DNA of 64,000 bases from Eledone cirrhosa (lineage: Eukaryota), in the NCBI GenBank assembly GCA_964016885.1, contig OZ024748.1, positions 33,666,001 through 33,730,000 of the forward strand, read 5' to 3'. Both the position numbers and the translations under genes were made by a program. Shown in pieces: positions 36,766 to 51,400 of this stretch. The notes below the pieces were generated by a model that was not told the DNA's origin, did not search any database, and saw nothing but the letters and a program-made list of their open reading frames with translations. Within the stretch, counting starts at the first letter, position 1. Every line of letters starts with the position of its first letter.

Positions 36766-39700
36766 GGTAGAGTGAATCAGTGGTGGTGGACATTAGGTGG
36801 AGTGAATCAGTGGTGGTGGACATTAAATAGAGTGAATCAGTGGTGGTGGACATTAAGTAGACTGAATCAGTGGTGGTGGTGGACATTAGTTGGAGTGAAT
36901 CAGTGGTGGTGGACATTAGGTGGAGTGAATCAGTGGTTGTGGACATTAGGTGGAGTGAATCAGAGGTGGTGGACATCAGGTACTGTCAATCAGTGGTGGT
37001 GGACATTAGGTGGAGTGAATCAGTGGTGGTGGACATCAGGTACTGTCAATCAGTGGTGGTTGACATTAGGTGGTGTGAATTAGTGGTGGTGGATATTAGG
37101 AGGAGTGAATCAGTGGTGGTGGACATTAGGTAGAGGTAATCAGTGGTGGTGGACATTAAGTAGAGTGAATAAGTGGTGGTGGACATTAAGTAGACTGAAT
37201 CAGTGGTGGTGGACATTAGGTGGAGTGAATCAGTGGTGGTGGACATTAGGTGTAGTGAATCAGTGGTGGTGGACATTAGGTGGAGTGAATCAGTGGTGGT
37301 GGACATTAAGTAGACTGAATCAGTGGTGGTGGAAATAGGTGGAGTGAATCAGTGGTGGTGGACATTAGGTGGAGTGAATCAGTGGTGGTGGACATTAGGT
37401 GGAGTGAATCAGTGGTGGTGGACATTAGGTGGAGTGAATAAGTGGTGGTGGACATTAGGTAGAGTGAATCAGTGGTGGTGGACATTAGGTGGAGTGAATC
37501 AGTGGTGGTGGACATTAGGTGGAGTGAATCAGTGGTGGTGGACATTAAGTAGAGTGAATCAGTGGTGGTGAACATTAGGTGGAGTGAATCAGTGGTGGTA
37601 GACATTAGGTGGAGTGAATTAGTGGCAGTGTGGTTGACATTAGGTGGAGTGAATCAGTGGTGGCGTGGTTGACATTAGGTAGAGTGAATCAGTGGTGGTG
37701 GACATTAGGTGGAGCGCATCAGTGGTGGTGGACATTAAGTAGAGTGAATCAGTGGTGGTGGTCATTAAGTAGAGTGAATCAATGGTGGTGGACATTAAGT
37801 AGACTGAATCAATGGTGGTGGACATTAGTTGGAGTGAATCAGTGGTGGTGTGGTGGACATTAGGTGGAGTGAATCAATGGTGGTGGACATCAGGTACTGT
37901 AAATCAGTGGTGGTGGACATTAGGTAGAGTGAATCAGTGGTGGTGTGGTTGACATTAGGTGGTGTGAGTTAGTGGTGGTGGACATTAGGTGGAGTGAATC
38001 AGTGGTGGTGGACATTAGGTGGAGTGAATCAGTGGTGGTGTGGTTGACATTAGGTGGTGTGAGTTAGTGGTGGTGGACATTAGGTGGAGTGAATCAGTGG
38101 TGGTGGACATTAAGTAGAGTGAATCAGTGGTGGTGGACATTAAGTAGAGTGAATCAGTGGTGGTGGACATTAAGTAGACTGAATCAGTGGTGGTGGACAT
38201 TAGGTGGAGTGAATCAGTGGTGGTGGACATTAGGTGGAGTGAATCAGTGGTGGTGGACATTAAGTAGAGTGAATCAGTGGTTTTTGACGTTAGGTGGAGT
38301 GAATCAGTGGTGGTGGACATTAGATGGAGTGCATCAGTGGTGGTGTGGTTGTGGACATTAGGTGGAGTGAATCAGTGGTGGTGGACATTAGGTAGAGTGA
38401 ATCAGTGGTGGTGTGGTTGTGGACATTAGGTGGAGTGAATTAGTGGTGGTGGACATTAGGAGGAGTGAATCAGTGGTGGTGGACATTAGCAGGAGTGAAT
38501 CAGAGGTGGTGGACATTAGGTAGAGTGAATCAGTGGTGGTGTGGTTGACATTAGGTGGAGTGAATTAGTGGTGGTGGACATTAGGAGGAGTGAAGCAGTG
38601 GTGGTGGACATTAGGAGCAGTGAATCGGTGGTGGTGGACATTAGGTGGAGTGAATCAGTGGTGGTGTGGTTGACATTAGGTGGAGTGAATTAGTGGTGGT
38701 GGACATTAGATAGAGTGAATCAGTGGTGGTGGACATTAAGTAGAGTGAATCAGTGTTGGTGGACATTAGATAGAGTGAATCAGTTGTGGTAGACATTAGC
38801 TGGAGTAAATCAGTGGTGGTCGACATTAGGTAGAGTGAATCAATGGTGGTGGACATTAGGTGGAGTGAATCAGTGGTGGTGGACATTAGGTGGAGTGAAT
38901 CAGTGGTGGTGGACATTAGGTGGAGTGAATTAGTGGCAGTGTGGTTGACATTAGGTAGAGTGAATCAGTGGTGGCGTGGTTGACATTAGGTAGAGTGAAT
39001 CAGTGGTTGTGGACATTAGGTGGAGTGAATCAGTGGTGGTGGACATTAAGTAGAGTGAATCAGTGGTGGTGGACATTAAGTAGAGTGAATCAATGGTGGT
39101 GGACATTAAGTAGACTGAATCAGTGGTGGTGGACATTAAGTAGAGTGAATCAATGGTTGTGGACATCAGGTACTGTCAATCAGTGGTGGTGGACATTAGG
39201 TGGAGTGAATCAGTGGTGGTGGACATTAAGTAGAGTGAATCAGTGGTGGGGTGGTTGACATTAGGTGGTGTGAGTTAGTGGTGGTGGACATTAGGTGGAG
39301 TGAATCAGTGGTGGTGGACATTAGGTGGAGTGAATAAGTGGTGGTGGACTTTAAGTAGAGTGAATCAGTGGTGGTGGACATTAAGTAGAGTGAATAAGTG
39401 GTGGTGGACATTAAGTAGACTGAATCAGTGGTGGTGGACATTAGGTGGAGTGAATCAGTTGTGGTGGACATTAGGTGGAGTGAATCAGTGGTAGTGGACA
39501 TTAAGTAGAGTGAATCAGTGGTTTTGGACGTTAGGTGGAGTGAATCAGTGGTGGTGGACATTAGATGGAGTGAATCAGTGGTGTTGTGGTTGTGGATATT
39601 AGGTGGAGTGAATCAGTGGTGGTGGACATTAGGTGGAGTCAATCAGTGGTGGTGTGGTGGACATTAGGGAGAGTGAATCATTGGTGGTGGACATTAGGAG

Positions 39701-42700
39701 GAGTGAATCAGTGGTGGTGGACAATAGGTAGAGTGAATCAGTGGTGGTGTGGTTGACATTAGGTTGAGTGAATTAGTGGTGGTGGACATTAGGAGGAGTG
39801 AATCAGTGGTGGTGGAAATTAGGAGGAGTGAATCAGTGGTGGTGAACATTAGGTGGAGTGAATCAGTGGTGGTATGGTTGACATTAGGTAGAGTGAATCA
39901 GTGGTGGTGGATATTAGGTGGAGTGAATCAGTGGTGGTGGACATTAAGTAGAGTGAATCAGTGGTGGTGGATATTAGGTGGAGTGAATCAGTGGTGGTGG
40001 ACATTAAGTAGACTGAATCAGTGGTGGTGGACATTAGTTGGAATGAATCAGTAGTAGTGGACATTAGGTAGAGTGAATCAGTGGTGTTGGACGTTAGGTG
40101 GAGTTAATCAGTGGTGGTGGACATTAGATGGAGTGAATCAGTGGTGGTGGACATTAGGTGTAGTCAATCAGTGTTGGTGTAGTGGACATTAGGGAGAGTG
40201 AATCATTGGTGGTGGACATTAGGTGGAGTTAATCAGTTGTGGTAGACATTAGCTGGAGTGAATCAGTAGTGGGGTGGCGGACATTAGGTGGAGTTCATCA
40301 GTGGTGGTGGACATTAGATGTAGTAAATCAGTGGTGGTGGACATTAAGTGGAGTCAATTAGTGGTGGTGGACATTTGGTGGAGTGAATCAGTGGTGGTGG
40401 ACATTAGGTGGAGTGAATCAGTGGTGGTGGAGATTAGGTGGAGTCAATCAGTGGTGGTGTGGTGGACATTAGGTAGAGTGAATCATTGGTGGTGGACATT
40501 AGCTGGAGTGAATCAGTAGTGGGGTGGCGGACATTAGGTGGAGTTAATCAGTGGTGGTGTGGTGGACATTAGGTAGAGTGAATCATTGGTGGTTGAAATT
40601 AGGTGGAGTGAATCAGTGGTGGTGGACATTAGGTGGAGTCAATCAGTGGTGGTGTGGTGGACATTAGGCAGAATGAATCATTGGTGGTGGAAATTAGGTG
40701 GAGTGAATCAGTGCTGGGGTGGTGGAGTTTAGGTGGATTTAATCAGTGATGGTGGACATTAGGTGGAGTGAATCAGTTGTGGTAGACATTAGCTGGAGTG
40801 AATCAGTGGTGGTGGACATTAGGTAGAGTGAATCAGTGGTGGTGAACATTAGGTAGAGTGGATCAGTGGTGGTGGACATTAGGTGGAGTGAATCAGTGGT
40901 GGTGGACATTAGGTGGAGCGAATCAGTGTTGGTGGACATTAAGTAGAGTGAATCAGTGGTGGTGGACAATAAGTAGACTGAATCAGTGGTGGTGGACATT
41001 AGGTAGAGGTAATCAGTGGTGGTGGAGATTAGGTGGAGTGAATCAGTGGTGGTGTACATTAAGTAGAGTGAATCAGTGGTGGTGGACATTAAGTAGACTG
41101 AATCAGTGGTGGTGGACATTAGGTGGAGTGAATCAGTGGTGGTGGACATTAGGTGGAGTGAATCAGTGGTGGTGGACATTAGGTGGAGTGAATAAGTGGT
41201 GGTGGACATTAGGTAGAGTGAATCAGTGGTGGTGGACATTAAGTAGAGTGAATAAGTGGTGGTGGACATTAAGTAGACTGAATCAGTGGTGGTGGACATT
41301 AGGTGGAGTCAATCAGTGGTGGTGTGGTGGGTATTAGGGACAGTGAATCATTGGTGGTGGACATTAGGTGGAGTGAATCAGTGGTGGTGGACATTAGGAA
41401 GAGTGAATCAGGGGTGGTGGACATTAGGAGGAGTGAATCAGTGGTGGTGGACATATGTAGAGTGAATCAGTGGTGGTGGACATTAGGTGGAGTGAATCAG
41501 TGGTGGTGGACATTAGGTAGAGTGAATCAGTAATGGTGGACATTAGATAGAGTGAATCAGTGGTGGTGGACATTAGGTGGAGTGAATTAGTGGTGGTGGA
41601 CATTAGGTAGAGTGAATCAGTAATGGTGGACATTAGATAGAGTGAATCAGTGGTGGTGGACATTAGGTGGAGTGAATCAGTGGTGGTGGACATTAGGAGG
41701 AGTGAATCAGTGGTGGTGGACATTAGGAGGAGTTAATCAGTGGTGGTGGACATTAGGTGGAGTCAATCAGTGTTGGTGTAGTGGACATTAGGGAGAGTGA
41801 ATCATTGGTGGTGGAAATTAGGTGGAGTGAATCAGTGGTGCTGGACATTAGGTGGAGTTAATCAGTTGTGGTAGACATTAGCTTGAGTAAATCAGTGGTG
41901 GTGGACATTAAGTGGAGTCAATTAGTGGTGGTGGACATTTGGTGGAGTGAATCAGTGGTGGTGGACATTAGGTGGAGTGAATCAGTGGTGGTGGTGATTA
42001 GGTGGAGTCAATCAGTGGTGGTGTGGTGGACATTAGGTAGAGTGAATCATTGGTGGTGGACATTAGCTGGAGTGAATCAGTAGTGGGGTGGCGGACATTA
42101 GGTAGAGTGAATCATTGGTGGTTGAAATTAGGTGGAGTGAATCAGTGGTGGTGGACATTAGGTGGAGTCAATCAGTGGTGGTGGACATTAGGTAGAGTGA
42201 ATCAGTGGTGGTGGACATTAGGTGGAGTGAATCAGTGGTGGTGTGGTTGTGGACATTAGGTGGAGTGGATCAGTGGTGGTGGACATTAGGTGGAGTGAAT
42301 CAGTGGTGGCGGACATTAGGTGGAGTGAATCAGTGGTGGTGGACATTAGGTGGAGCGAATCAGTGTTGGTGGACATTAAGTAGAGTGAATCAGTGGTGGT
42401 GGACATTAGGTGGAGTGAATCAGTGGTGGTGGACATTAGGTGGAGTGAATCAGTGGTGGTGGACATTAGATGGAGTGAATCAGTGGTGGTGTGGTTGTGG
42501 ACATTAGGTGGAGTGAATCAGTGGTGGTGGACATTAGATGGAGTGAATCAGTGGTGGTGGACATTAGGTGGAGTCAATCAGTGGTGGTGTGGTGGACATT
42601 AGGGAGAGTGAATCATTGGTGGTGGACATTAGGTGGAGTGTATCAGTGGTGGTGGACATTAGGAGGAGTGAATCAGTGGTGGTGGACATTAGGAGGAGTG

Positions 42701-45479
42701 AATCAGTGGTGGTGGACATTAGGAGGAGTGAATCAGTGGTGGTGGACATTAGGAGGAGTGAATCAGTGGTGGTGGACATTAGGTGGAGTGAATCAGTGGT
42801 GGTGTGTTGGACATTAGGTGGAGTGAATCAGTGGTGGTGGACGTTAGGTAGAGTGAATCAGTGGTGCTGGACATTAGGAGGAGTGAATCAGTGGTGGTGT
42901 GTTGGACATTAGGAGGAGTGAATCAGTGGTGGTGGACATTAGGTGGAGTGAATCAGTGGTGGTGTGGTTGACATTAGGTTGAGTGAATTAGTGGTGGTGG
43001 ACATCAGGTGGAGTGAATCAGTGGTGGACATTAGGTGGAGTGAATCAGTGGTGGTGTGTTGGACATTAGGAGGAGTGAATCAGTGGTGGTGTGTTGGACA
43101 TTAGGAGGAGTGAATCAGTGGTGGTGGACATTAGGTGGAGTGAATCAGTGGTGGTGTGGTTGACATTAGGTTGAGTGAATTAGTGGTGGTGGACATCAGG
43201 TGGAGTGAATCAGTGGTGGACATTAGGAGGAGTGAATCAGTGGTGGTTGACATTAGGTGGAGTGAATCAGTGGTGGACATTAGGAGGAGTAAATCAGTGG
43301 TGGTGGACATTAGGAGGAGTGAATCAGTGGTGGTGGACATTAGGTGGAGTGAATCACTGGTGGTGTGTTGGACATTAGGAGGAGTGAATCAGTGGTGGTG
43401 GACATTAGGAGGAGTGAATCAGTGGTGGTGGACATTAGGTGGAGTGAATCAGTGGTGGTGTGGTTGACATCAGGTGGAGTGAATCAGTGGTGGTGTGTTG
43501 GACATTAGGAGGAGTGAATCAGTGGTGGTGGACATTAGTAGGAGTGAATCAGTGGTGGTGGACATTAGGAGGAGTGAATCAGTGGTGGTGGAAATTAGGA
43601 GGAGTAAATCAGTGGTGGTGGACATTAGGAGGAGTGAATCAGTGGTGGTGTGTTGGACATTAGGAGGAGTGAATCAGTGGTGGTGGACATTAGGAGGAGT
43701 GAATCAGTGGTGGTGGACATTAGGTGGAGTGAATCAGTGGTGGTGTGTTGGACATTAGGTCGAGTGAATCAGTGGTGGTGGACATTAAGTAGAGTGAATC
43801 AGTGTTGGTGGACATTAGGAGGAGTGAATCAGCGGTGGTGGACGTTAGGTGGGGTTAATCAGTGGTGGTGGACATTAGATGGAGTGAATCAGTGGTGGTG
43901 GACATTAGGTAGAGTGAATCAGTAGTGGCGTGGTTGACATTAGGTAGAGTGAATCAGTAGGGGGGTGGCGGACATTAGGTGGAGTGAATCAGTGGTGGTG
44001 GACATTAGGTGGAGTGAATCAGTGGTGGTGGACATTAGGTAGAGTGAATCAGTAGTGGGGTGGCGGACATTAGGTGGAGTGAATCAGTGGTGGTGGAGAT
44101 TAGGTAGAGTGAATCAGTGGTGGTGGACATTAGGTGGAGTAAATTAGTGGTGGTGGACATTAGGTGGAGTAAATCAGTGGTGGTGTGGTGGTGGACATTA
44201 GGTGGAGTGAATCAGTGGTGGTGGACATTAGGTGGAGTGAATCAGTGGTGGTGGACATTAGGTAGAGTGATACAGTGGTGTTGTGGTGGGTATTAGGGAG
44301 AGTGAATCATTGGTGGTGGACATTAGGTGGAGTGAATCAGTGGTGGTGGACATTAAGAAGAGTGAATCAGGGGTGGTGGACATTAGGTGGAGTGAATCAG
44401 TGTTGGTGGACATATGTAGAGTGAATCAGTGGTGGTGGACATATGTGGAGTGAATCAGTGGTGGTGTGGGTGACATTAGGTTGAGTGAATTATGGTGGTG
44501 GACATTAGGTAGAGTGAATCAGTAATGGTGGACATTAAGTAGAGTGAAATTAGGTGGACATTAAGTAGAATGAAATTAGGTGGAGTGAATCAGTGCTGGG
44601 GTGGTGGAGATTAGGTGGAGTGAATCAGTTGTGGTAGACATTAGGTAGAGTGAATCAGTGGTGGTGGACATTAGGTAGAGTGGATCAGTGGTGGTGGACA
44701 TTAGGTGGAGCGAATCAGTGTTGGTGGACATTAAGTAGAGTGAATCAGTGGTGGTGGACATTAAGTAGACTGAATCAGTGGTGGTGGACATTAGGTGGAG
44801 TGAATCAGTGGTGGTGGACATTAGGTGGAGTGAATCAGTGGTGGTGGACATTAGGTGGAGTGAATCAGTGGTGGTGGACATTAGATATTAGATGGAGTGA
44901 ATCAGTGGTGGTGTGGTTGTGGACATTAGGTGGAGTGAATCAGTGGTGGTGGACACTAGGTGGAGTCAATCAGTGGTGGTGTGGTGGACATTAGGTGGAG
45001 TGAATCAGTGGTGGTGGGCAGTAGGTGGAGTGAATCAGTGGTGGTGGACATTAGGTGGAGTGAATCAGTGGTGGTGGACATTAGGTGGAGTGAATCAGTG
45101 GTGGTGGACATTAGGTGGAGTGAATCAGTGGTGGGGGACATTAGGTGGAGTGAATCAGTGGTGGTGGGCATTAGGTGGAGTGAATCAGTGGTGGTGGACA
45201 TTAGCTGGAGTGAATCAGTAGTGGGGTGGCGGACATTAGGTAGAGTGAATCATTGGTGGTTGAAATTAGGTGGAGTGAATCAGTGGTGGTGGACATTAGG
45301 TGGAGTCAATCAGTGGTGGTGGACATTAGGTAGAGTGAATCAGTGGTGGTGGACATTAGGTGGAGTGAATCAGTGGTGGTGTGGTTGTGGACATTAGGTG
45401 GAGTGGATCAGTGGTGGTGGACATTAGGTGGAGTGAATCAGTGGTGGCGGACATTAGGTGGAGTGAATCAGTGGTGGTG

Positions 45480-48400
45480 GACATTAGGTGGAGTGAATCA
45501 GTGGTGGTGGACATATGTAGAGTGAATCAGTGGTGGTGGACATTAGGTAGAGTGAATCAGTGGTGGTGGAGATTAGGTGGAGTCAATCAGTGGTGGTGTG
45601 GTCGACATTAGGTGGAGTGAATCAGTGGTGGTGGACATTATGTGGAGTCAATCAGTGGTGGTGTGGTCGACATTAGGTAGAGTGAAGCGTTGGTGGTGGA
45701 CATTAGGTGGAGTGAATCAGTGCTGGGGTGGTGGACATTAGGTGGAGTGAATCAGTGGTGGTGTGCTTGACATTAGGTTGAGTGAATTAGTGGTGGTGGA
45801 CATTAGGAGGAGTGAATCAGTGGTGGTGGAAATTAGGAGGAGTGAATCAGTGGTGGTGGACATTAGGAGGAGTGAATCAGTGGTGGTGGACATTAGGAGG
45901 AGTGAATCAGTGGTGGTGGAAATTAGGAGGAGTGAATCAGTGGTGGTGGACATTAGGAGGAGTGAATCAGTGGTGGTGTGGTGGACATAAGGTGGAGTGA
46001 ATCAGTGGTGGTGTGTTGGACATTAGGTGGAGTGAATCAGTGGTGGTGTGGTTGACATTAGGTTGAGTGAATCAGTGGTGGTGGACATTAGGAGGAGTGA
46101 ATCAGTGGTGGTGGACATTAGGAGGAGTGAATCAGTGGTGGTGTGGTTGACATCAGGTGGAGTGAATCAGTGGTGGTGGAAATTAGGAGGAGTGAATCAG
46201 TGGTGGTGGACATTAGGAGGAGTGAATCAGTGGTGGTGTGGTGGACATCAGGTGGAGTGAATTAGTGGTGGTGTGGTTGACATCAGGTGGAGTGAATTAG
46301 TGGTGGTGGAAAATAGGAGGAGTGAATTAGTGGTGGTGGACATTAGGTTGAGTGAATCAGTGGTGGTGGACATTAGGAGGAGTGAATCAGTGGTGGTGTG
46401 GTTGACATCAGGTGGAGTGAATTAGTGGTGGTGGAAATTAGGAGGAGTGAATTAGTGGTGGTGGACATTAGGTTGAGTGAATCAGTGGTGGTGGACATTA
46501 ACTAGAGTGATTCAGTGTTGGTGGACATTAGGTAGAGTGAATCAGTGGTGTTGGACATTAGATGGAGTGAATCAGTGGGGTGTGGTGGTGGTCATTAGCT
46601 GGTGTAAATCAGTGGTGGTGGACATTAGGTAGAGTGAATCAGTAGTGGGGTGGCGGACATTAGGTGGAGTTCATCAGTGGTGGTGGACATTAGGTTGAGT
46701 GAGTCAGTGGTGGCGGACATTAGGTTGAGTGAATCAGTGGTGGCGGACATTAGGTGGAGTGAATCAGTAGTGGGGTGGCGGACATTAGGTGGAGTTCATC
46801 AGTGGTGGTGGACATTAGGTGGAGTTCATCAGTGGTGGTGGACATTAGGTTGAGTGAATCAGTGGTGGCGGACATTAGGTGGAGTGAATCAGTGGTGGTG
46901 GACATTAGGTAGAGTGAATCAGTGGTGGTGGACATTAGGTGGAGTGAATCAGTGGTGGTGGACATTAGGTGGAGTGAATCAGTGGTGGTGGACATTAGGT
47001 GGAGTGAATCAGTGGTGGTGGACATTAGGTGGAGTGAATCAGTGGTGGTGTAGATTAGTTAGAGTGAATCAGTGGTGGTGGAGATTAGGTGGAGTGAATC
47101 AGTGGTGGTGGACATTAGGTGGAGTGAATCAGTGGTGGTGGACATTAGGTGGAGTGAATCAGTGGTGGTGGAGATTAGGTGGAGTGAATCAGTGGTTGTG
47201 GACATTAGGTGGAGCGAATCAGTGTTGGTGGACATTAGGAGGAGTGAGTCAGTGGTGGTGGACATATGTAGAGTGAATCAGTGGTGGTGGACATTAGGTG
47301 GAGTGAATCAGTGGTGGTGGAGATTAGGTGGAGTCAATCAGTGGTGGTGTGGTGGACATTAGGTGGAGTGAATCATTGGTGGTCGACATAAGGTGGAGTG
47401 AATCAGTGGTGGTGGACATTAGGTGGAATGAATCAGTGGTGGTGGAGATTAGGTGGAGTCAATCAGTGGTGGTGTGGTGGACATTAGGTAGAGTGAATCA
47501 TTGGTGGTCGACATAAGGTGGAGTGAATCAGTGGTGGTGGACATTAGGTGGAGTGAATCAGTGGTGGTGGACATTAGGTAGAGTGAATCAGTGGTGGTGG
47601 AGATTAGGTGGAGTCAATCAGTGGTGGTGTGGTGGACATTAGGTAGAGTGAAGCGTTGGTGGTGGACATTAGGTGGAGTGAATCAGTGCTGGGGTGGTGG
47701 AGATTAGATGGAGTTAATCAGTGCTGGTGGACATTAGGTGGAGTGAATCAGTGGTGGTGGACATTAGGTGGAGTGAATCAGTGGTGGTGGACATTAGGTG
47801 GAGTGAATCAGTGGTGGTGGGCATTAGGTGGAGTGAATCAGTGGTGGTGGACATTAGGTGGAGTGAATCAGTGGTGGTGGACATTAGGTGGAGTGAATCA
47901 GTGGTGGCGGACATTAGGTGGAGTGAATCAGTGGTGGTGGACATTAGGTGGAGTGAATCAGTGGTGGTGGACATTAGGTGGAGTGAATCAGTGGTGGTGG
48001 GCATTAGGTGGAGTGAATCAGTGGTGGTGTGTATTAGGTGGAGTGAATCAGTGGTGGCGGACATTAGGTGGGGTGAATCAGTGGTGGTGTGGTTGACATT
48101 AGGTGGAGTGAATCAGTGGTGGTGGACATTAGCTGGAGTCAATCAGTGGTGGTGTGGTGGACATTAGGTGGAGTGAATCAGTGGTGGTGGACATTAGCTG
48201 GAGTCAATCAGTGGTGGTGGATATTAGGTGGAGTGAATCAGTGGTGGTGTGGTGGTGGACATTAGGAGGAGTGAATCAGTGGTGGTGGACATTAGATGGA
48301 GTCAATCAGTGGTGGTGTGGTTGACATTAGGTGGAGTGAATCAGTGGTGGTGGACATTAGGTGGAGTGAATCAGTGGTGGTGTGGTGGTGGACATTAGGA

Positions 48401-51400
48401 GGAGTGAATCAGTGGTGGTGGACATTAGATGGAGTGAATCAGTGGTGGTGTGGTGGTGGACATTAGGAGGAGTGAATCAGTGGTGGTGGACTTAGGTGGA
48501 GTGAATCAGTGGTGGTGTGGTGGTGGACATTAGGAGGAGTGAATCAGTGGTGGTGGACATTAGATGGAGTGAATCAGTGGTGGTGTGGTTGTGGACATTA
48601 GGTGGAGCGAATCAGTGTTGGTGGACATATGTAGAGTGAATCAGTGGTGGTGGACATTAGGTGGAGTGAATCAGTGGTGGTGGAGATTAGGTGGAGTCAA
48701 TCAGTGGTGGTGTGGTGGACATTAGGTAGAGTGAATCATTGGTGGTCGACATTAGGTGGAGTGAATCAGTGGTGGTGGACATTATGTGGAGTCAATCAGT
48801 GGTGGTGTGGTCGACATTAGGTAGAGTGAAGCGTTGGTGGTGGACTTAGGTGGAGTGAATCAGTGCTGGGGTGGTGGAGATTAGATGGAGTTAATCAGTG
48901 CTGGTGGACATTAGGTGGAGTTAATCAGTGGTGGTGGACATTAGGTGGAGTGAATCAGTGGTGGTGGACATTAGGAGGAGTGAATCAGTGGTGGTGGACA
49001 TTAGGTGGAGTGAATCAGTGGTGGTGTGGTTGACATTAGGTGGAGTGAATTAGTGGTGGTGGACATTAGGTGGAGTGAATCAGTGGTGGACATTAGGTGG
49101 AGTGAATCAGTGGTGGTTGACATTAGGTGGAGTGAATTAGTGGTGGTGTGGTTGACATTAGGTGGAGTGAATTAGTGGTGGTGGAAATTAGGAGGAGTGA
49201 ATCAGTGGTGGTGGACATTAGGAAGAGTGAATCAGTGGTGGTGTGGTTGACATTAGGTGGAGTGAATCAGTGGTGGTGGACATTAGGTTGAGTGAATCAG
49301 TGGTGGTGGACATTAACTAGAGTGAATCAGTGTTGGTGGACATTAGGTAGAGTGAATCAGTGGTGTTGGACGTTAGGTGGGGTTAATCAGTGGTGGTGGA
49401 CATTAGATGGAGTGAATCAGTGGTGGTGTGGTGGTGGTCATTAGCTGGTGTAAATCAGTGGTGGTGGACATTAGGTAGAGTGAATCAGTAGTGGGGTGGC
49501 GGACATTAGGTGGAGTTCATCAGTGGTGGTGGACATTAGGTTGAGTGAGTCAGTGGTGGCGGACATTAGGTGGAGTGAATCAGTGGTGGTGGAGATTAGG
49601 TGGAGTGAATCAGTGGTGGTGGACATTAGGTGGAGTGAATCAGTGGTGACGGACATTAGGTGGAGTGAATCAGTGGTGGACATTAGGTGGAGTGAATCAG
49701 TGGTGGTGGACATTAGGTGGAGTGAATCAGTGGTGGTGGACATTAGGTGGAGTGAATCAGTGGTGGTGGACATTAGCTGGAGTCAATCAGTGGTGGTGTG
49801 GTTGACATTAGGTGGAGTGAATCAGTGGTGGTGGACATTAGGTGGAGTGAATCAGTGGTGGTGTGGTGGTGGACATTAGGATGAGTGAATCAGTGGTGGT
49901 GGACATTAGATGGAGTGAATCAGTGGTGGTGTGGTGGCGGACATTAGGAGGAGTGAATCAGTGGTGGTGGACTTAGGTGGAGTGAATCAGTGGTGGTGTG
50001 GTGGTGGACATTAGGAGGAGTGAATCAGTGGTGGTGGACATTAGATGGAGTGAATCAGTGGTGGTGTGGTTGTGGACATTAGGTGGAGTGAATCAGTGGT
50101 GGTGGACATATGTAGAGTGAATCAGTGGTGGTGGACATTAGGTAGAGTGAATCAGTGGTGGTGGAGATTAGGTGGAGTCAATCAGTGGTGGTGTGGTCGA
50201 CATTAGGTGGAGTGAATCAGTGGTGGTGGACATTATGTGGAGTCAATCAGTGGTGGTGTGGTCGACATTAGGTAGAGTGAAGCGTTGGTGGTGGACATTA
50301 GGTGGAGTGAATCAGTGCTGGGGTGGTGGACATTAGGTGGAGTGAATCAGTGGTGGTGTGGTTGACATTAGGTTGAGTGAATTAGTGGTGGTGGACATTA
50401 GGAGGAGTGAATCAGTGGTGGTGGAAATTAGGAGGAGTGAATCAGTGGTGGTGGACATTAGGAGGAGTGAATCAGTGGTGGTGTGGTGGACATCAGGTGG
50501 AGTGAATTAGTGGTGGTGTGGTTGACATCAGGTGGAGTGAATTAGTGGTGGTGGAAATTAGGAGGAGTGAATTAGTGGTGGTGGACATTAGGTTGAGTGA
50601 ATCAGTGGTGGTGGACATTAGGAGGAGTGAATCAGTGGTGGTGTGGTTGACATCAGGTGGAGTGAATTAGTGGTGGTGGAAATTAGGAGGAGTGAATTAG
50701 TGGTGGTGGACATTAGGTTGAGTGAATCAGTGGTGGTGGACATTAGGAGGAGTGAATCAGTGGTGGTGTGGTTGACATCAGGTGGAGTGAATTAGTGGTG
50801 GTGGACATTAGGTTGAGTGAATCAGTGTTGGTGGACATTAACTAGAGTGATTCAGTGTTGGTGGACATTAGGTAGAGTGAATCAGTGGTGTTGGACATTA
50901 GATGGAGTGAATCAGTGGGGTGTGGTGGTGGTCATTAGCTGGTGTAAATCAGTGGTGGTGGACATTAGGTAGAGTGAATCAGTAGTGGGGTGGCGGACAT
51001 TAGGTGGAGTTCATCAGTGGTGGTGGACATTAGGTTGAGTGAGTCAGTGGTGGCGGACATTAGGTTGAGTGAATCAGTGGTGGCGGACATTAGGTGGAGT
51101 GAATCAGTAGTGGGGTGGCGGACATTAGGTGGAGTTCATCAGTGGTGGTGGACATTAGGTGGAGTTCATCAGTGGTGGTGGACATTAGGTTGAGTGAATC
51201 AGCGGTGGCGGACATTAGGTGGAGTGAATCAGTGGTGGTGGACATTAGGTGGAGTGAATCAGTGGTGGTGGACATTAGGTGGAGTGAATCAGTGGTGGTG
51301 GACATTAGGTGGAGTGAATCAGTGGTGGTGTAGATTAGTTAGAGTGAATCAGTGGTGGTGGACATTAGGTGGAGTGAATCAGTGGTGGTGGACATTAGGT